64,000 nt of DNA from an uncultured Candidatus Saccharibacteria bacterium (GCA_963526325.1 CAURNC010000002.1:67149-131148); one strand, 5' to 3'; shown: positions 41,254 through 53,100, numbered from the stretch's first letter. The notes: generated by a model not told the origin, from the sequence alone. Program-made: numbers and translations.

Positions 41254-42744
41254 TTATGATTCGGTCGTCATCTTCAAACGACTGAGGATCAATTTGTCGC
41301 CATCACCGACAAATGAGTAAAGATACTTACCATCAGGGGACAGTGCCGCATCATAACCAGCAGCCACGGGAGTCAGTGTGTGCGCATTGGTGCCATCAAA
41401 CTCTTGGATAATCAATTTACCACTAGCATCGCGTCGCCAGACATAGAACTCATCCAGCCATTTGAGCTCGCTTGGTGCATCAAGTGTGATAACTGGCGAA
41501 ATAGTCTCTCGCTCAATGTCATAATTGACAAAACCAGTCTCATCTTTGAGAATCACCATTCGACCATCACTGTTTAGCGTCAGATCTTTGATGGTCCGTC
41601 CAAACGCCACCTTTTTCACGGAATTCAAAAACTTTTTCACCGCTTCTGAGTCCTCGGTTGGCGGACGCAAATCACCGCGATAGATCTGTGCTGTATCATT
41701 GACCGTCACAACCACCGTGTCCTTATTGAAATATTTTGAAGCCTTGATCTTGACTGTATCATCAGTCTGCGCTGACGCAGCCCGATACATGATGCGCGAC
41801 TGCTCCCAACCTTTTTTCCACACACCAGCCACTTTGACATTTGCTTCAGTGCCAACATAAGCGATCGTCTCACTGCCGTACAACACAAACGATTGAACAC
41901 CAGACAACACTGGACGCGACAGGGAAGCGCCGCTCACATTCATCTGGCGTACATGACCACCGTTTTGCAAGACGTATAGTTCATTGCCATTGGTACCGAT
42001 GAAATGTGCGTCCAAAATATCCACGCTAGCGATATTCGTCACATCAATCATTTCTTTTGGATTATCCCGGTCAAAGCGCAGCCACTGAATCTTGCTATCA
42101 GAGCCCTCTGGGGTGTAAGTATGCTTGAATAGTACGTAACGACCCGCAAAGTCCCACTCGGCGATGGCAAATTGATGCTTGGTCGTCGCTACATCATACT
42201 GCGCCAAATGTTGCGTGCTAATGTCGGTTTCCGTAAATTTAGGATTGTTGTACGACCGAACATCGCCCCAAAACAGCTTTGGCGTTCCGTTCACGACGCC
42301 AGTGCCAGCCATGAACCGCCCGCCAGGCGCAAACTTAGCCGACTCTAACACTGGATATTCTTTCAGGTTGGTGCTTTCCTTCTTTTCGGGGATCATCCGA
42401 GCATACACCAAATGCGTCACCGTACCAGCCTTGATATCCAAAGTTTTTTGCCACGGCTCGTAGCCGTTCAGTTTCATGGTGAATTGGTGTTGCCCAGGCA
42501 CGATGAGGCCCTTGGTTTGAGTCAGATTAAATGCGTTGCCATCGATTGATACCTGCGCGCCACGCGGGAATGAATCGTATTGCACCAAGCTGTTTTGCTC
42601 GATTTTCAGATCTTTTGAATTGAATTGATAGCCAAAGTTGTGCCACAAAAGAACGATGATTAGACCAATCACCATCAGCGTCATGGTAGTGTACACCAAA
42701 GTACGACGCACGATTTCTTTTGCGGAGGTATTGTTGTGGTACAT
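41254..42744 (-). CDS. PEGA-domain membrane protein with probable beta-propeller
   Basis: TM then SFPRGAQVSIDG...PGQHQFTMKLNGYEPWQK; C-terminal LSPDGKYLY; start 42744. Confidence 0.8.
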   Translation of the reverse strand: MYHNNTSAKEIVRRTLVYTTMTLMVIGLIIVLLWHNFGYQFNSKDLKIEQNSLVQYDSFPRGAQVSIDGNAFNLTQTKGLIVPGQHQFTMKLNGYEPWQKTLDIKAGTVTHLVYARMIPEKKESTNLKEYPVLESAKFAPGGRFMAGTGVVNGTPKLFWGDVRSYNNPKFTETDISTQHLAQYDVATTKHQFAIAEWDFAGRYVLFKHTYTPEGSDSKIQWLRFDRDNPKEMIDVTNIASVDILDAHFIGTNGNELYVLQNGGHVRQMNVSGASLSRPVLSGVQSFVLYGSETIAYVGTEANVKVAGVWKKGWEQSRIMYRAASAQTDDTVKIKASKYFNKDTVVVTVNDTAQIYRGDLRPPTEDSEAVKKFLNSVKKVAFGRTIKDLTLNSDGRMVILKDETGFVNYDIERETISPVITLDAPSELKWLDEFYVWRRDASGKLIIQEFDGTNAHTLTPVAAGYDAALSPDGKYLYSFVGDGDKLILSRLKMTTES

Positions 42745-42844
42745 AAAACGAATTATACCACATTTTCGCCCTTGCAAAAACCGCTGGCACTTTGTACTAT
42801 AATATATAGAAGTTCGCGAGGGAACATCGTAACAAGGGGAAGAA

Positions 42845-43843
42845 ATGAAACAAGAATTTATCAATGTCAATGGTAAAGCATACGACCCAGTCACAGGGCT
42901 ACCGCTACCAATCTCAGTTGAAAAATCACCAACCGTAGCGCCAACGCAGCCCAAACGCGTAGTCAAGGTATCAGCCGCACGCGGTACAACCACCGCGACT
43001 ATTCACCGTGTTCCAGTGCAGAAATCAGCCACCCTCAGCCGACGCCACATCAAACGACCCCCTCAAAAATCCCTTGCTACTCGTCCAGTTAGGACCCCTA
43101 ACGCAACCGTACAGCAACACGTTGCCGTGAAAAAATTCTCCCCTCAGGTAGCTCAAAAACCAGTGGCAGAAGCGCCCAAAAAGCCTATCCAGATAGATCG
43201 TCCGGCAGAAGTGCACCCAGTCGTACAACGCGCCAAACAGCGACAAATCGCCAAAGCGCCTGTCGCGCCAATCCAAAAGACCGAGCCAAAACCAGCGTCA
43301 ATTCTCAAAAATGAGGCCATCAGTGAAGCCTTGGCTAAAGCTCAAGAACCAAAACCAGAGAAACGTCACCGCGCCAAGCGCAAGCAAAGCAAACTAAAGC
43401 GCTGGACCAGCCTGGCATCTGCGGGACTGGCCATCATGCTGCTCGGCGGATATTTCACCTATCTCAGCATGCCAAACATTTCCATTCGTGTCGCCGCCTT
43501 GCAGTCTGGTATCAACGCCACTTATCCTGGTTACAAACCAAATGGCTACGCGCTCAATGGCCCAATTTCCTTCAAGCAAGGAGAGGTCAGCATGAAATTT
43601 GCATACGCTGACGGCACCGCCAACTACACAATTTCTCAAAGCAAGAGCAATTGGGACTCAGCTGCTGTCAAAGAATACATTTCAGGAAAATCAGGCGCAC
43701 CAGCTACAACCATCGTCGATGGCCTGACTATTTTCGCAGCGGGAGAAAATGTCGCTTGGGTGAACGGCGGTATCTTGTATCAAATCAACAGTCATGCTCC
43801 ACTCTCCAGCGAACAGATTCGCAAAATAGCTACCAGCATGTAG
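42845..43843 (+). CDS. Membrane protein with basic disordered N-terminus and DUF4367-like C-terminus
   Basis: TM helix; PGYKPNGY and WVNGGILYQI...LSSEQIRKIATSM. Confidence 0.7.
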   Translation: MKQEFINVNGKAYDPVTGLPLPISVEKSPTVAPTQPKRVVKVSAARGTTTATIHRVPVQKSATLSRRHIKRPPQKSLATRPVRTPNATVQQHVAVKKFSPQVAQKPVAEAPKKPIQIDRPAEVHPVVQRAKQRQIAKAPVAPIQKTEPKPASILKNEAISEALAKAQEPKPEKRHRAKRKQSKLKRWTSLASAGLAIMLLGGYFTYLSMPNISIRVAALQSGINATYPGYKPNGYALNGPISFKQGEVSMKFAYADGTANYTISQSKSNWDSAAVKEYISGKSGAPATTIVDGLTIFAAGENVAWVNGGILYQINSHAPLSSEQIRKIATSM

Positions 43844-43855
43844 TATAATGTCATC

Positions 43856-45277
43856 ATGACTATTCGTACTCGTTTTGCGCCATCACCAACCGGCTATATT
43901 CATGTTGGAAATGTTCGAGCGGCTTTGTTCCCGTGGCTACTGACACGCCAGCAGGGAGGCTCATTCATCTTACGCATCGAGGACACTGACCGGTCGCGGT
44001 TTGTGCCTGGCGCTGAAGACTTGATATTGGACACGCTGGAGTGGCTCGGCATCGACTGGGACGAAGGGCCACGCAAAGGTGGATCACATGGGCCATACCA
44101 CCAGTCAGAACGGCTGGAGATCTACCACACCTGGGCAAAAAAGCTGGTAGGGAAGGGGCTCGCCTATGCCGATCCGTACACACCTGAAGAAGTACAAGGT
44201 TTTCGAGAAGAAGCACGCGCCTTGAAAAAAGCTTTCCTATACCGTGACTATCGGCCAGAAAATCCCCCAGAGTGGGACGGCACTCAGCCACTCCGGTTCA
44301 AAGCGACCTCTCTCAAACGATACACATGGAACGACCCTGTCATGGGCGAATTGTCAGCTGGTCCTGAGGCTCTAGACGATTTCATCCTCATCAAAGCCGA
44401 TGGCTATCCAACCTATAATTTTGCGCATATCGTCGACGACTTTGAGATGGGTGTCACGCACGTCATCCGCGGGCTGGAGTACATCTCTAGCACGCCTAAA
44501 TATTTAAGCCTCTACGAAGCTTTGGAGATTACGCCGCCAACCTTGGTTTGCTTGCCGCACATCATGGCTCCAGATGGCAGGAAAAAGCTCGGTAAACGAG
44601 ACGGTGCCAAAAGTGTGACTGATTATCGAACTGACGGGATTCTGCCAGAAGCCATGTTGAACTTCTTGGCATCAATGGGTTGGAATGATGGCACCGAACA
44701 GGAAATTTTCAGCAAGCAAGAGTTGATCGATACATTCAGCCTCGACCGAGTCCAGCGTTCGGGCGCGCGTTTTGATGAAAAGCGTTTGCTATGGATGAAC
44801 GGGCAATGGATTCGCCGGATCAGCTTGGACGAGCTCTACCAACGAGTAGAAGACTATTGGCCACAATCAGCCGCCCAGTTTGATGCGTCATACAAACATC
44901 AAGTCCTAGCTCTGGTACAAGATCGGCTCAAGACACTGGCTGAGCTGCCTATGATGAGCCGCTTTTTCTTTGAAGAACCAGAGGTCAACATGGAACTAAT
45001 CACCAGTAACAAGCAGCTGAAAAAACTGTCTGATGGTGAAATTCGCGAGCTCCTCAAGACCGCACATGACAAGCTAGCAGAACTGACTGACTGGACTCCT
45101 GAAGCCATCCAAGGAACCCTCAATCAGCTGCTAGAAATCACCGGTCAAAAACCTGGTGTCTTGTTCAGCCTCATTCGCATCGTTACGACTTGGGCGCCGT
45201 TCAGCCCACAGCTCAACGACACTCTGGCATTGTTCGGTAAAGACAAAACGCTCAGTCGCATCGCTAGTCAATTGTAG
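43856..45277 (+). CDS. gltX: Glutamate-tRNA ligase
   Basis: RFAPSPTGYIHVGN, LRIEDTD, THVIRG, KLGKRDG. Confidence 0.97.
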   Translation: MTIRTRFAPSPTGYIHVGNVRAALFPWLLTRQQGGSFILRIEDTDRSRFVPGAEDLILDTLEWLGIDWDEGPRKGGSHGPYHQSERLEIYHTWAKKLVGKGLAYADPYTPEEVQGFREEARALKKAFLYRDYRPENPPEWDGTQPLRFKATSLKRYTWNDPVMGELSAGPEALDDFILIKADGYPTYNFAHIVDDFEMGVTHVIRGLEYISSTPKYLSLYEALEITPPTLVCLPHIMAPDGRKKLGKRDGAKSVTDYRTDGILPEAMLNFLASMGWNDGTEQEIFSKQELIDTFSLDRVQRSGARFDEKRLLWMNGQWIRRISLDELYQRVEDYWPQSAAQFDASYKHQVLALVQDRLKTLAELPMMSRFFFEEPEVNMELITSNKQLKKLSDGEIRELLKTAHDKLAELTDWTPEAIQGTLNQLLEITGQKPGVLFSLIRIVTTWAPFSPQLNDTLALFGKDKTLSRIASQL

Positions 45278-45297
45278 CAACAACTGGTCAGAGCTGG

Positions 45298-46020
45298 TTA
45301 TGATTCCCGAGCAAGTCCGTGCATTATTTTACGGACTTTCTCTACCATTTCCTGCTGATCAGCAGGAGGGAAGCCGCCTCTCGTGCCTGAAGTTCTAATG
45401 TCTCTATGCCTAAGATCATAACCCTCCAGTATTGCCGTCCTCAAACAGTCATACTGTACTGGACATACTTTACATATCCCACTATTAACCGTGTTAATAT
45501 CCATACCGGCGCAACGTCCGCCCGCAGCCCAGCCCGGGTCTATTGGACTATCAGTCTTAGCAGCCTTAGCCTTAGCGGCTTTAGCAGCCTTATTAGTAGC
45601 ATCCTCAGCAGCCGTATTAATAGCAGCTTTAGCAACCTTATCAATAACATCCTGAAGCTTAGGTATAGACCTCTCTGGATTCACCAGTGCCATCACAGTT
45701 GGTTGATATCCTTCAGATGCACCACTGAGCCGATAAAATGTAACAGTCGTATTAGTATTCTGAACGACCGTTTCTTTCAACTCGCCAAATGGCCCGTCCT
45801 CCTCGGCTTTGATCGCCCCTAATGCCTGTCGAGTTGTTTCATTAAATAGGTCGGCTGTAATACGGGACTTAATTCCGTGAGCTTCGCACCACTGCTGAGA
45901 TAGCTGCGGCACCGTCATTGATTGCCCGTCTGCCAAGCAGTCAATGATGAAATCTTGCACCGCTTTCAAGTCTTCTGGAGACGCTGTTGTTTCCATCGAG
46001 GTTTTTCCTAATTCATTCAT
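45298..46020 (-). CDS. Hypothetical protein with C-terminal WhiB-like 4-Cys domain
   Basis: WAAGGRC...ICKVCPVQYDCL...GTRGG. Confidence 0.6.
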   Translation of the reverse strand: MNELGKTSMETTASPEDLKAVQDFIIDCLADGQSMTVPQLSQQWCEAHGIKSRITADLFNETTRQALGAIKAEEDGPFGELKETVVQNTNTTVTFYRLSGASEGYQPTVMALVNPERSIPKLQDVIDKVAKAAINTAAEDATNKAAKAAKAKAAKTDSPIDPGWAAGGRCAGMDINTVNSGICKVCPVQYDCLRTAILEGYDLRHRDIRTSGTRGGFPPADQQEMVEKVRKIMHGLARES

Positions 46021-46264
46021 AATGATAACTATATAATATAGCTCATATTTTACAAAGCATAGCCACAATCACTAGTGCTATACCATATAAACCGCTTACT
46101 GTATATACATCAAACAACCCATTGCAAAAATCGTAAAGAACGTGCTATAATTTGTAAAAGCAGCACAAATATTTGACTTGAGTTACATATTGTTGTATAA
46201 TCAAGCACATAGAAATGATAAAAATATATGCAGGGTGTGGCAGAGAGGATACTTGGAATATACC

Positions 46265-47320
46265 ATGAGCAAACCAGAAATAGCTGACGCGGCAGAGAGT
46301 TTGAATACAGCGGTTGCGGATATTCTTGGTAGCATTTCTCAGGAACGTGAGCGTGAAATCATTTCACGTCGCTTTGGACTGGAAGACCGGAAAGAAACCC
46401 TGGAGCAAATCGGTGAAATGCTAGGCATCACTCGTGAGCGCGTTCGTCAATTGGAAAAAGCCATCCTCACTAAACTGCGTGCGTCGGTAGCAGATAACAA
46501 ATTGCCCTCCGTTAATTCCGCTGAGAAGCTTATTGTGTCACACCTGTCAGAGATGGGTCGCGGCGCTCGCATGCAAAACTTGACATCGCACATTTTGGGT
46601 CGTGATGCGACACTTTTGGAACGCTCAGCAGTCGCTTTCTTGGCAGAATTAGCACCAGGCTTGACCGTTATCAATGAAAATGATGATTTCTATCAGTCTG
46701 CCGTTATCTCATCAGTCGGTGACGAAAAGTCAGTGAAAAAGCAAGTTGAGGAAATTGTTAAATTCATTAAAAAACACGGCCAGCCAATCACCGCTGAAGC
46801 AATTCACGAGTCCATGGACTATGAGCATCCACAGAATATCGCGGCTCTAGCATCCATCAGCAAGAAGCTGGCTGAGCTGAAAGGGAACTGGGGGCTCATC
46901 AAGTGGCCAACCGTCAATCCGAAAAATATTCGCGACAAAATTTTTGTCATCCTGGACGACAACGGCAAACCAATGCACTTTTCAGAGATCGCCAAGGCCA
47001 TCAAAGACAGCGATTTTAAGCGCAAAAACGTCACCACGCAAGCGATTCACAATGAACTCATCAAAGACAGCCGCTTCGTCCTGATCGGTCGCGGTATCTA
47101 TGCGCTGGACTCATGGGGCTACAGCCGCGGCACCGTTGCTGATATCATCACCGACATCCTCAAAGAAGCTGACGAACCGCTGCACCGCGACGAGATCATC
47201 AAACGAGTTTTAGACAAACGCCAAGTCAAAGAAACGACTATTTTATTGAACCTACAGTCAAAGTCACAGTTCAAGCGTGTCGCCAAAGCCACTTACGTGT
47301 TTGAACAGCAACAAGCCTGA
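46265..47320 (+). CDS. Sigma70 region-4 HTH plus HARE-HTH domain protein
   Basis: RRFGL..ETLEQIG..LGITRERVRQLE; PMHFSEI, IHNELIKDSRFVLIGRGIYAL. Confidence 0.85.
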   Translation: MSKPEIADAAESLNTAVADILGSISQEREREIISRRFGLEDRKETLEQIGEMLGITRERVRQLEKAILTKLRASVADNKLPSVNSAEKLIVSHLSEMGRGARMQNLTSHILGRDATLLERSAVAFLAELAPGLTVINENDDFYQSAVISSVGDEKSVKKQVEEIVKFIKKHGQPITAEAIHESMDYEHPQNIAALASISKKLAELKGNWGLIKWPTVNPKNIRDKIFVILDDNGKPMHFSEIAKAIKDSDFKRKNVTTQAIHNELIKDSRFVLIGRGIYALDSWGYSRGTVADIITDILKEADEPLHRDEIIKRVLDKRQVKETTILLNLQSKSQFKRVAKATYVFEQQQA

Positions 47321-47357
47321 TTGTATTGTTACATCAAATATGGGATAATTTAATAGC

Positions 47358-49994
47358 ATGGAAATATTTTCCTGGACTATAACATTATTGATGCAGTGGT
47401 ATGTGTGGTTGCCGCTGGTTATTTTGTTATCTTTTTTGACGTGGCGCAATTATCAACAGCTCAATGAATTCATCTCAAGCGACAATGTGTTGCTCATCTT
47501 GGAGATCCCAAAAACCAATGACAAGAAAGAGCTTGCCGCCGAGCAATTATTCGCCAGCCTGCACGGAATCTTGCGCGATAAACATGAGCTCAAACTGAGC
47601 AGGGGAGCGCAAGAACATTTGAGCTTTGAAGTAGCTTCGGTCAATGGACAAATTCGGTTCTATGTCTGGACGCCGCGGTCCCTGCAAAGCTTCGTGGAAG
47701 GGCAGATCTACGCCCAATACCCAACCGTCCAAATTCACCAGGCTAGTGAAGATTATACCGAGCACGAACGTGATCATTCAGTAACGTACACTACTGAGAT
47801 GACTTTGACGGCGTCTGAATTTTTACCAATCAAAACCTTTCAAACCTTTGAAGTTGACCCATTGGCTGGTATCACAGGGACGTTGGCAAAACTAGAATCA
47901 ACCGGTGAGGAACTATGGATTCAGGTGCTAGCCAAACCAGTTGAAGATTCATGGCAAATTGAAGCTGACCACTGGATATCACGCCTGCGTGAAGGCTCTG
48001 CCAGCATCCTACCAAGTGTTGGTGGTAGCATGCGGTGGCTCGGTGGTTTGTTTGCCGCTTTGTGGCGACCACCAGAGGAAGGATTGGCTGGCGGTAAAGG
48101 TCCAGAAATATCTGAGCGCAATAAAACTCGTATCGCTGAAGCTGAAAAAAAAGCCACTAAACTGGGCTACGAAGTAAAAATCCGCTTAGCATACCTGGGA
48201 GAGAACCAAACCAACGCCAAACTGCGCATGCAAGCCCTAGTGGGAACCTTCAAACAGTTTAATTCTACAAACCTAAACGGCTTTAAGCCCATCAAAGCCG
48301 CCTACGGCAAAGAATTTTTAGAAAAATATCGTCGTCGTGCATTTTTTGGCGAAGGCTTCATCCTCAATATCGAAGAGCTGGCCTCTGTCTTCCACTTGCC
48401 ACACACTAACGTCGAGACGCCAAACATCGTCTGGGCCAGTGCTAAAACCGCCGAACCGCCATCCAAGCTGCCTGTTCTGACCGGCAGCGACACTAATGAC
48501 GACCAAATTTCCGCCTTTGGTGTGACCAATTTCCGCGGCATCAACCACCAATTCGGCATGCTGCGCTACGACCGCTCGCGCCACGTTTACATCATCGGTC
48601 AGACTGGAGCAGGTAAGTCTGGGTTGCTCGAATTATTCGCGCTCAGTGATATCTTTCACAACCAAGGCTACGCCATCATCGACCCGCACGGCGACTTCGC
48701 CATCAACAACATGAAATTTATCCCCGGCTCACGGCTGAACGACGTCGTCTATTTCAACCCGGCCGACACCGCCTATCCACTCGGCTTCAACCCGCTGGAA
48801 GTCACCAACCCGAACCAAAAAACTAACATTTCATCAGAGGTCATCGGCGTCCTCAAGCGTATGTTTGGCGAGAGTTGGGGACCGCGGCTGGAGTACATTT
48901 TGCGTTACACTATCCTGGCACTGCTCGACCGGCCAGAGACGACCATGCTCGACATCACCCGCATGCTAACTGATAAAAATTTCCGCAAAGAAACGCTGGG
49001 CTATTGCCGCGACACCGTGGTCTTGCAGTTCTGGAATGTTGAATTCGCCAGCTGGAACGACAAGTTCGTCGCCGAGGCCGTCGCGCCAGTCCTCAACAAG
49101 GTCGGCGCCTTTACCGCCAACCCCATCATCCGCAACATCATCGGCCAGCCCAAATCCACCTTCAACATCCGCCAAATCATGGACGAGGGCAAGATTCTCA
49201 TCGTCAATTTGTCCAAAGGGCTCATCGGCGAGGACAACGCCGCCATCCTCGGTTCCTTCCTAGTCACCAAGATCCAGCTGGCCGCCATGAGCCGCTCTGA
49301 CATCCCCGATATCCGCGACCGCCGCCCATTCTATCTCTACGTTGACGAGTTCCAGAACTTTGCCACTGACTCGTTTGCCACCATCCTGTCCGAAGCCCGC
49401 AAATACGGCCTCAACCTGACCGTCGCCAACCAGTACATCTCACAGATGAATGAAACCGTGCGTGACGCAGTCTTTGGCAACGTCGGCACCATGATATCGT
49501 TCCGTGTGTCTGCTGATGACGCACCAATTCTCGCCAAACAATTTGAGCCGAATTTTGAAGCCGTCGACCTCTTGCAAATGCACAATCGTAACTTTGTCAT
49601 CAACATGGTCATCGGGGGAGAGAAGACACCAGCCTTTTCCGCACGCACTCTCGAGCTACCACCGAGCCAGGCCGATAACACCTTGCACATCATTGAACAT
49701 TCACGACGCATGTACTCACGAAGCAGGGAGGACGTCGAAAAAGAAATCAACGCTGCCATCATGCCGCAGCCCCAGCCACAGAAGCAGTCACCCCGACCCG
49801 CCGCCCAGCCAATCACCAGACAGCCAACTCAGCAGCCTGTTACTGCTGCCAACGCCCGTCCAACCCAGCCGCAACCAGCCCCAAACAGCAATGAAGTCGT
49901 TTTGCAGATCCGTGGCAATAGCGCAAACACCACAGCTGACTCAACCGCTGCCGCACCGAAAAAGCGGCGGCGAAGGCGGAAGAAGAACACATAG
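47358..49994 (+). CDS. VirB4/VirD4/HerA-like ATPase (DUF87 / coupling-protein type)
   Basis: N-terminal TM; GQTGAGKS, IDPHGD, LYVDEFQN, SEARKY. Confidence 0.85.
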   Translation: MEIFSWTITLLMQWYVWLPLVILLSFLTWRNYQQLNEFISSDNVLLILEIPKTNDKKELAAEQLFASLHGILRDKHELKLSRGAQEHLSFEVASVNGQIRFYVWTPRSLQSFVEGQIYAQYPTVQIHQASEDYTEHERDHSVTYTTEMTLTASEFLPIKTFQTFEVDPLAGITGTLAKLESTGEELWIQVLAKPVEDSWQIEADHWISRLREGSASILPSVGGSMRWLGGLFAALWRPPEEGLAGGKGPEISERNKTRIAEAEKKATKLGYEVKIRLAYLGENQTNAKLRMQALVGTFKQFNSTNLNGFKPIKAAYGKEFLEKYRRRAFFGEGFILNIEELASVFHLPHTNVETPNIVWASAKTAEPPSKLPVLTGSDTNDDQISAFGVTNFRGINHQFGMLRYDRSRHVYIIGQTGAGKSGLLELFALSDIFHNQGYAIIDPHGDFAINNMKFIPGSRLNDVVYFNPADTAYPLGFNPLEVTNPNQKTNISSEVIGVLKRMFGESWGPRLEYILRYTILALLDRPETTMLDITRMLTDKNFRKETLGYCRDTVVLQFWNVEFASWNDKFVAEAVAPVLNKVGAFTANPIIRNIIGQPKSTFNIRQIMDEGKILIVNLSKGLIGEDNAAILGSFLVTKIQLAAMSRSDIPDIRDRRPFYLYVDEFQNFATDSFATILSEARKYGLNLTVANQYISQMNETVRDAVFGNVGTMISFRVSADDAPILAKQFEPNFEAVDLLQMHNRNFVINMVIGGEKTPAFSARTLELPPSQADNTLHIIEHSRRMYSRSREDVEKEINAAIMPQPQPQKQSPRPAAQPITRQPTQQPVTAANARPTQPQPAPNSNEVVLQIRGNSANTTADSTAAAPKKRRRRRKKNT

Positions 49995-50012
49995 TAACTA
50001 TATGAGCCCAAC

Positions 50013-50107
50013 AAAAAACGGGCCTACCGCCCGAATCGTTGTAGAAACATTTTAGCTAATGCTTTATTTTAACCTGTAGTGTTATATTGAGGTACCGAAA
50101 CGGTACA
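50013..50107 (-). ncRNA. tracrRNA
   Basis: Anti-repeat 50067-50101 matches the CRISPR repeat; minus-strand promoter TTTACA-17-TATAAT (50142-50114); terminator CGGGC/GCCCG + T6. Confidence 0.9.
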
Positions 50108-50185
50108 ATAAAAATTATAGCCAATTAAAACAACGTTGTAAACCCTAAAAATAAGCGATATACTTAAAATAATTAAAGGGGATTT

Positions 50186-53100
50186 ATGATGAAACAACCG
50201 TATTCTATTGGATTAGATATTGGCACAAACAGCGTTGGCTGGGCAGTTATAAATGAAGGTTTTGATCTGCGCAAATACAAGCACCAAAACATGTGGGGCG
50301 CCCATTTGTTTGATGAGGCGCAAAAAGCAGCCACTCGGCGGTCATTTCGCTCATCGCGCCGGCGGCTTGCCAGACGAAAGCGCCGCGTCACACTGCTCCA
50401 GCAGATATTTAACGATGAAATTCAGAAAGTCGACCCGCATTTCTACCTCCGTTTATCCGAATCAATGCTCCATGTTGGCGACAAAAGTTCTACACTAGAA
50501 TTAGACGCCAACATTTTATTCGCCGACCGCTCTTTCACCGACAAATCATATAGAGAGAAATATCCAACAATTTATCATTTGCGCAGCGATCTATTTCACA
50601 ACTCTGCAAAACAAGATATTCGATTAGTCTACCTAGCGCTTCATCACCTTATAAAGTACCGCGGCAATTTCCTAATTGAAGGCGGAGTCGATAATGTAAT
50701 CTCTTCGTTTGATAGTCAAAGCTTGCAGACTTTCATGGAATTTATCGGCGCTGACGATTCGACAGCTCAAAAGATTAAGGCGACTTTGCTTGACCGTTCT
50801 CTATCGCGTAGTGCCAGAAAATCAGACATCATCAATCTACTACAGCCATCTCCTGACAACAAGAGGGCTGTCAGCGAAGCCGTCGGTGCAGCTATCGGCC
50901 TAAAATGGAACGCCAATAAACTATTCGAGGACGACTCTCTCGAAGTAAAAGGGGAGTTCTCGAATAAAAATTACGAAGAGCAACGAGATGAAATTGCGGC
51001 TGCAATCGGCGACGATCGCTATGAACTCGTAGAAACTTTAGAATCAGTCTACCAATGGACAATTTTCAGTCAATTCATCAGGAAAGATAGTTGTCTGTCC
51101 GACATTATGATTGAAAAATACGATGCCTATCGTCAAGATTTATCCGACCTTAAAGCGCTATTTCACGAATCTCTACCTAAAAAATACAAGACGTTTTTTC
51201 ATGGCGACGCCGCCGAATTTGAGCTATACAACAACCACAAACGAAACCTTGATGATTTATATAAATCTATCAAAAAACAACTCGGCGAAATTGCCAAGGA
51301 CAACCCGCGCTACCAGCGATTTGAGAAGCGGGCTGAGCTAGAGGAATTTCTTTCTAGGCAACGCATTCGTGATAACGGTACCATCCCGCATCAGATTCAC
51401 CAGTACGAACTCGAGAAAATTATCGACAATCAAGCACAATACTATCCGTTCCTAGCTCAAAATCGCAACAAAATCATCAGCATTTTTACATTCAAGCTAC
51501 CGTATTACATCGGGCCGCTCAAAACTGGCGGTAATTTTGCGTGGTCAGTCAAAAAGAAAGATGGCGTGATTTATCCGTGGAATTTCGACGAGATGATAGA
51601 CGATGAAGCTTCCGCTGAGAAATTCATTGACCGAATGCGCAACAACTGCACCTACCTACCAGACGAAGAAGTTCTTCCTAAAAACTCGCTGCTTTATCAA
51701 GAGTACGAAGTTCGCAACGAATTAAAGAACGTAACCATCAACGGCGAAAGACTGAGTTCTGACGTCCAGAACCGCATCGTTGACGAGTTATTCACCAAAG
51801 AGCCTTCAGTCACTTACAAAAAGTTAATTAAATATCTCTATGACAACCAGATATATAACACTGACTCTCTCATTATTTCTGGAACAGCCAAAGAGAAATC
51901 GTTTGCTTCATCGCGTAAGTCTTACCTTGATTTTACAAACAAAATCGGTATTGAGATTACGCCAAAAACTCAAAAAGCAATCGAAGAGGTCATCAAGTGG
52001 ATTACCTTGTTTGAAGATAAAAAGATTCTAGCCAAAAAATTACAGAAGTACAGTGATATCTTTGACAATAATCAGCTTCGCGCTATTTTGAAGCTAAATT
52101 ATAGCGGCTGGGGACGACTATCTCACAAGCTGCTTGACGGCATCACTGCGCACACGCCTTACGGAGAGCTGACCGTCATAAAGACGATGCGTAGCTCTAA
52201 AGATAACTTTATGCAGATCATCCAAAGCGATCGATACGAGTTCAAAAAGATTATTGACAATATCTTGTCGGCAGACCAGCGCACAGACATAGCCTACGAC
52301 GACATTAAAAAACTCGCCGGATCGCCGGGCATCAAACGCGCTCTGTGGCGCAGCGTTAGAATTGTTGACGAGATTGTCGACACAATCGGCTACGAACCAA
52401 AGCTAATCAGCATTGAGATGGCCCGCAATGAAGACGAGAAAGTTAGAACCAAAAGCCGATACGGCCAACTGGAAAAAATGTATAAGGATCTTTATGGCAA
52501 AGAATATACTAAATCTGATATAAAATCGCAATTGGCTAAATACAAAGACAAACTCGATAAGAAAAAGTATTATCTGTATTTCCTACAGAACGGCAAATGC
52601 GCTTATACGGGCGACCCGCTCGACATCGAAAACGATCTTAAAGACTGCGAAATTGACCATATTTTACCGCGCTCGTTAACAAAAGATGACTCACTAGACA
52701 ACACTGTCCTAGTGCTGCGCAAAGAAAACCAGCGAAAACTTGATGATTATCCTATTGCACCCGACATCCAAAATCACATGAGACCGATCTGGACGTCTCT
52801 GAAGAATGCTAAACTTATGTCGCAGCTTAAATTTCAACGCCTAACAAGTCAAAAGCAACTGTCTGAAGACCGCGTGGCTGGATTCGTCAATCGCCAACTC
52901 GTTGAGACACGACAGATCACCAAACATCTCGCCAGAATGCTGACCGAAAAATATCATGATTCATCGACAGAAGTGTTTACTATCCGCGCCGGTATGAGCT
53001 CTGAATATCGCCGCATTCATGACTTGCCGAAATGCCGCGAAGTCAATGACCTACACCATGCCAAAGATGCTTATTTGGCTGCAGTTCTAGCTCAATACGT

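Noticed and set aside
47358..49994. VirB4/VirD4-like ATPase as evidence of a conjugative element carrying cas9
   Set aside because: No relaxase or other T4SS genes nearby; host-like composition; such ATPases are common chromosomal genes in this lineage
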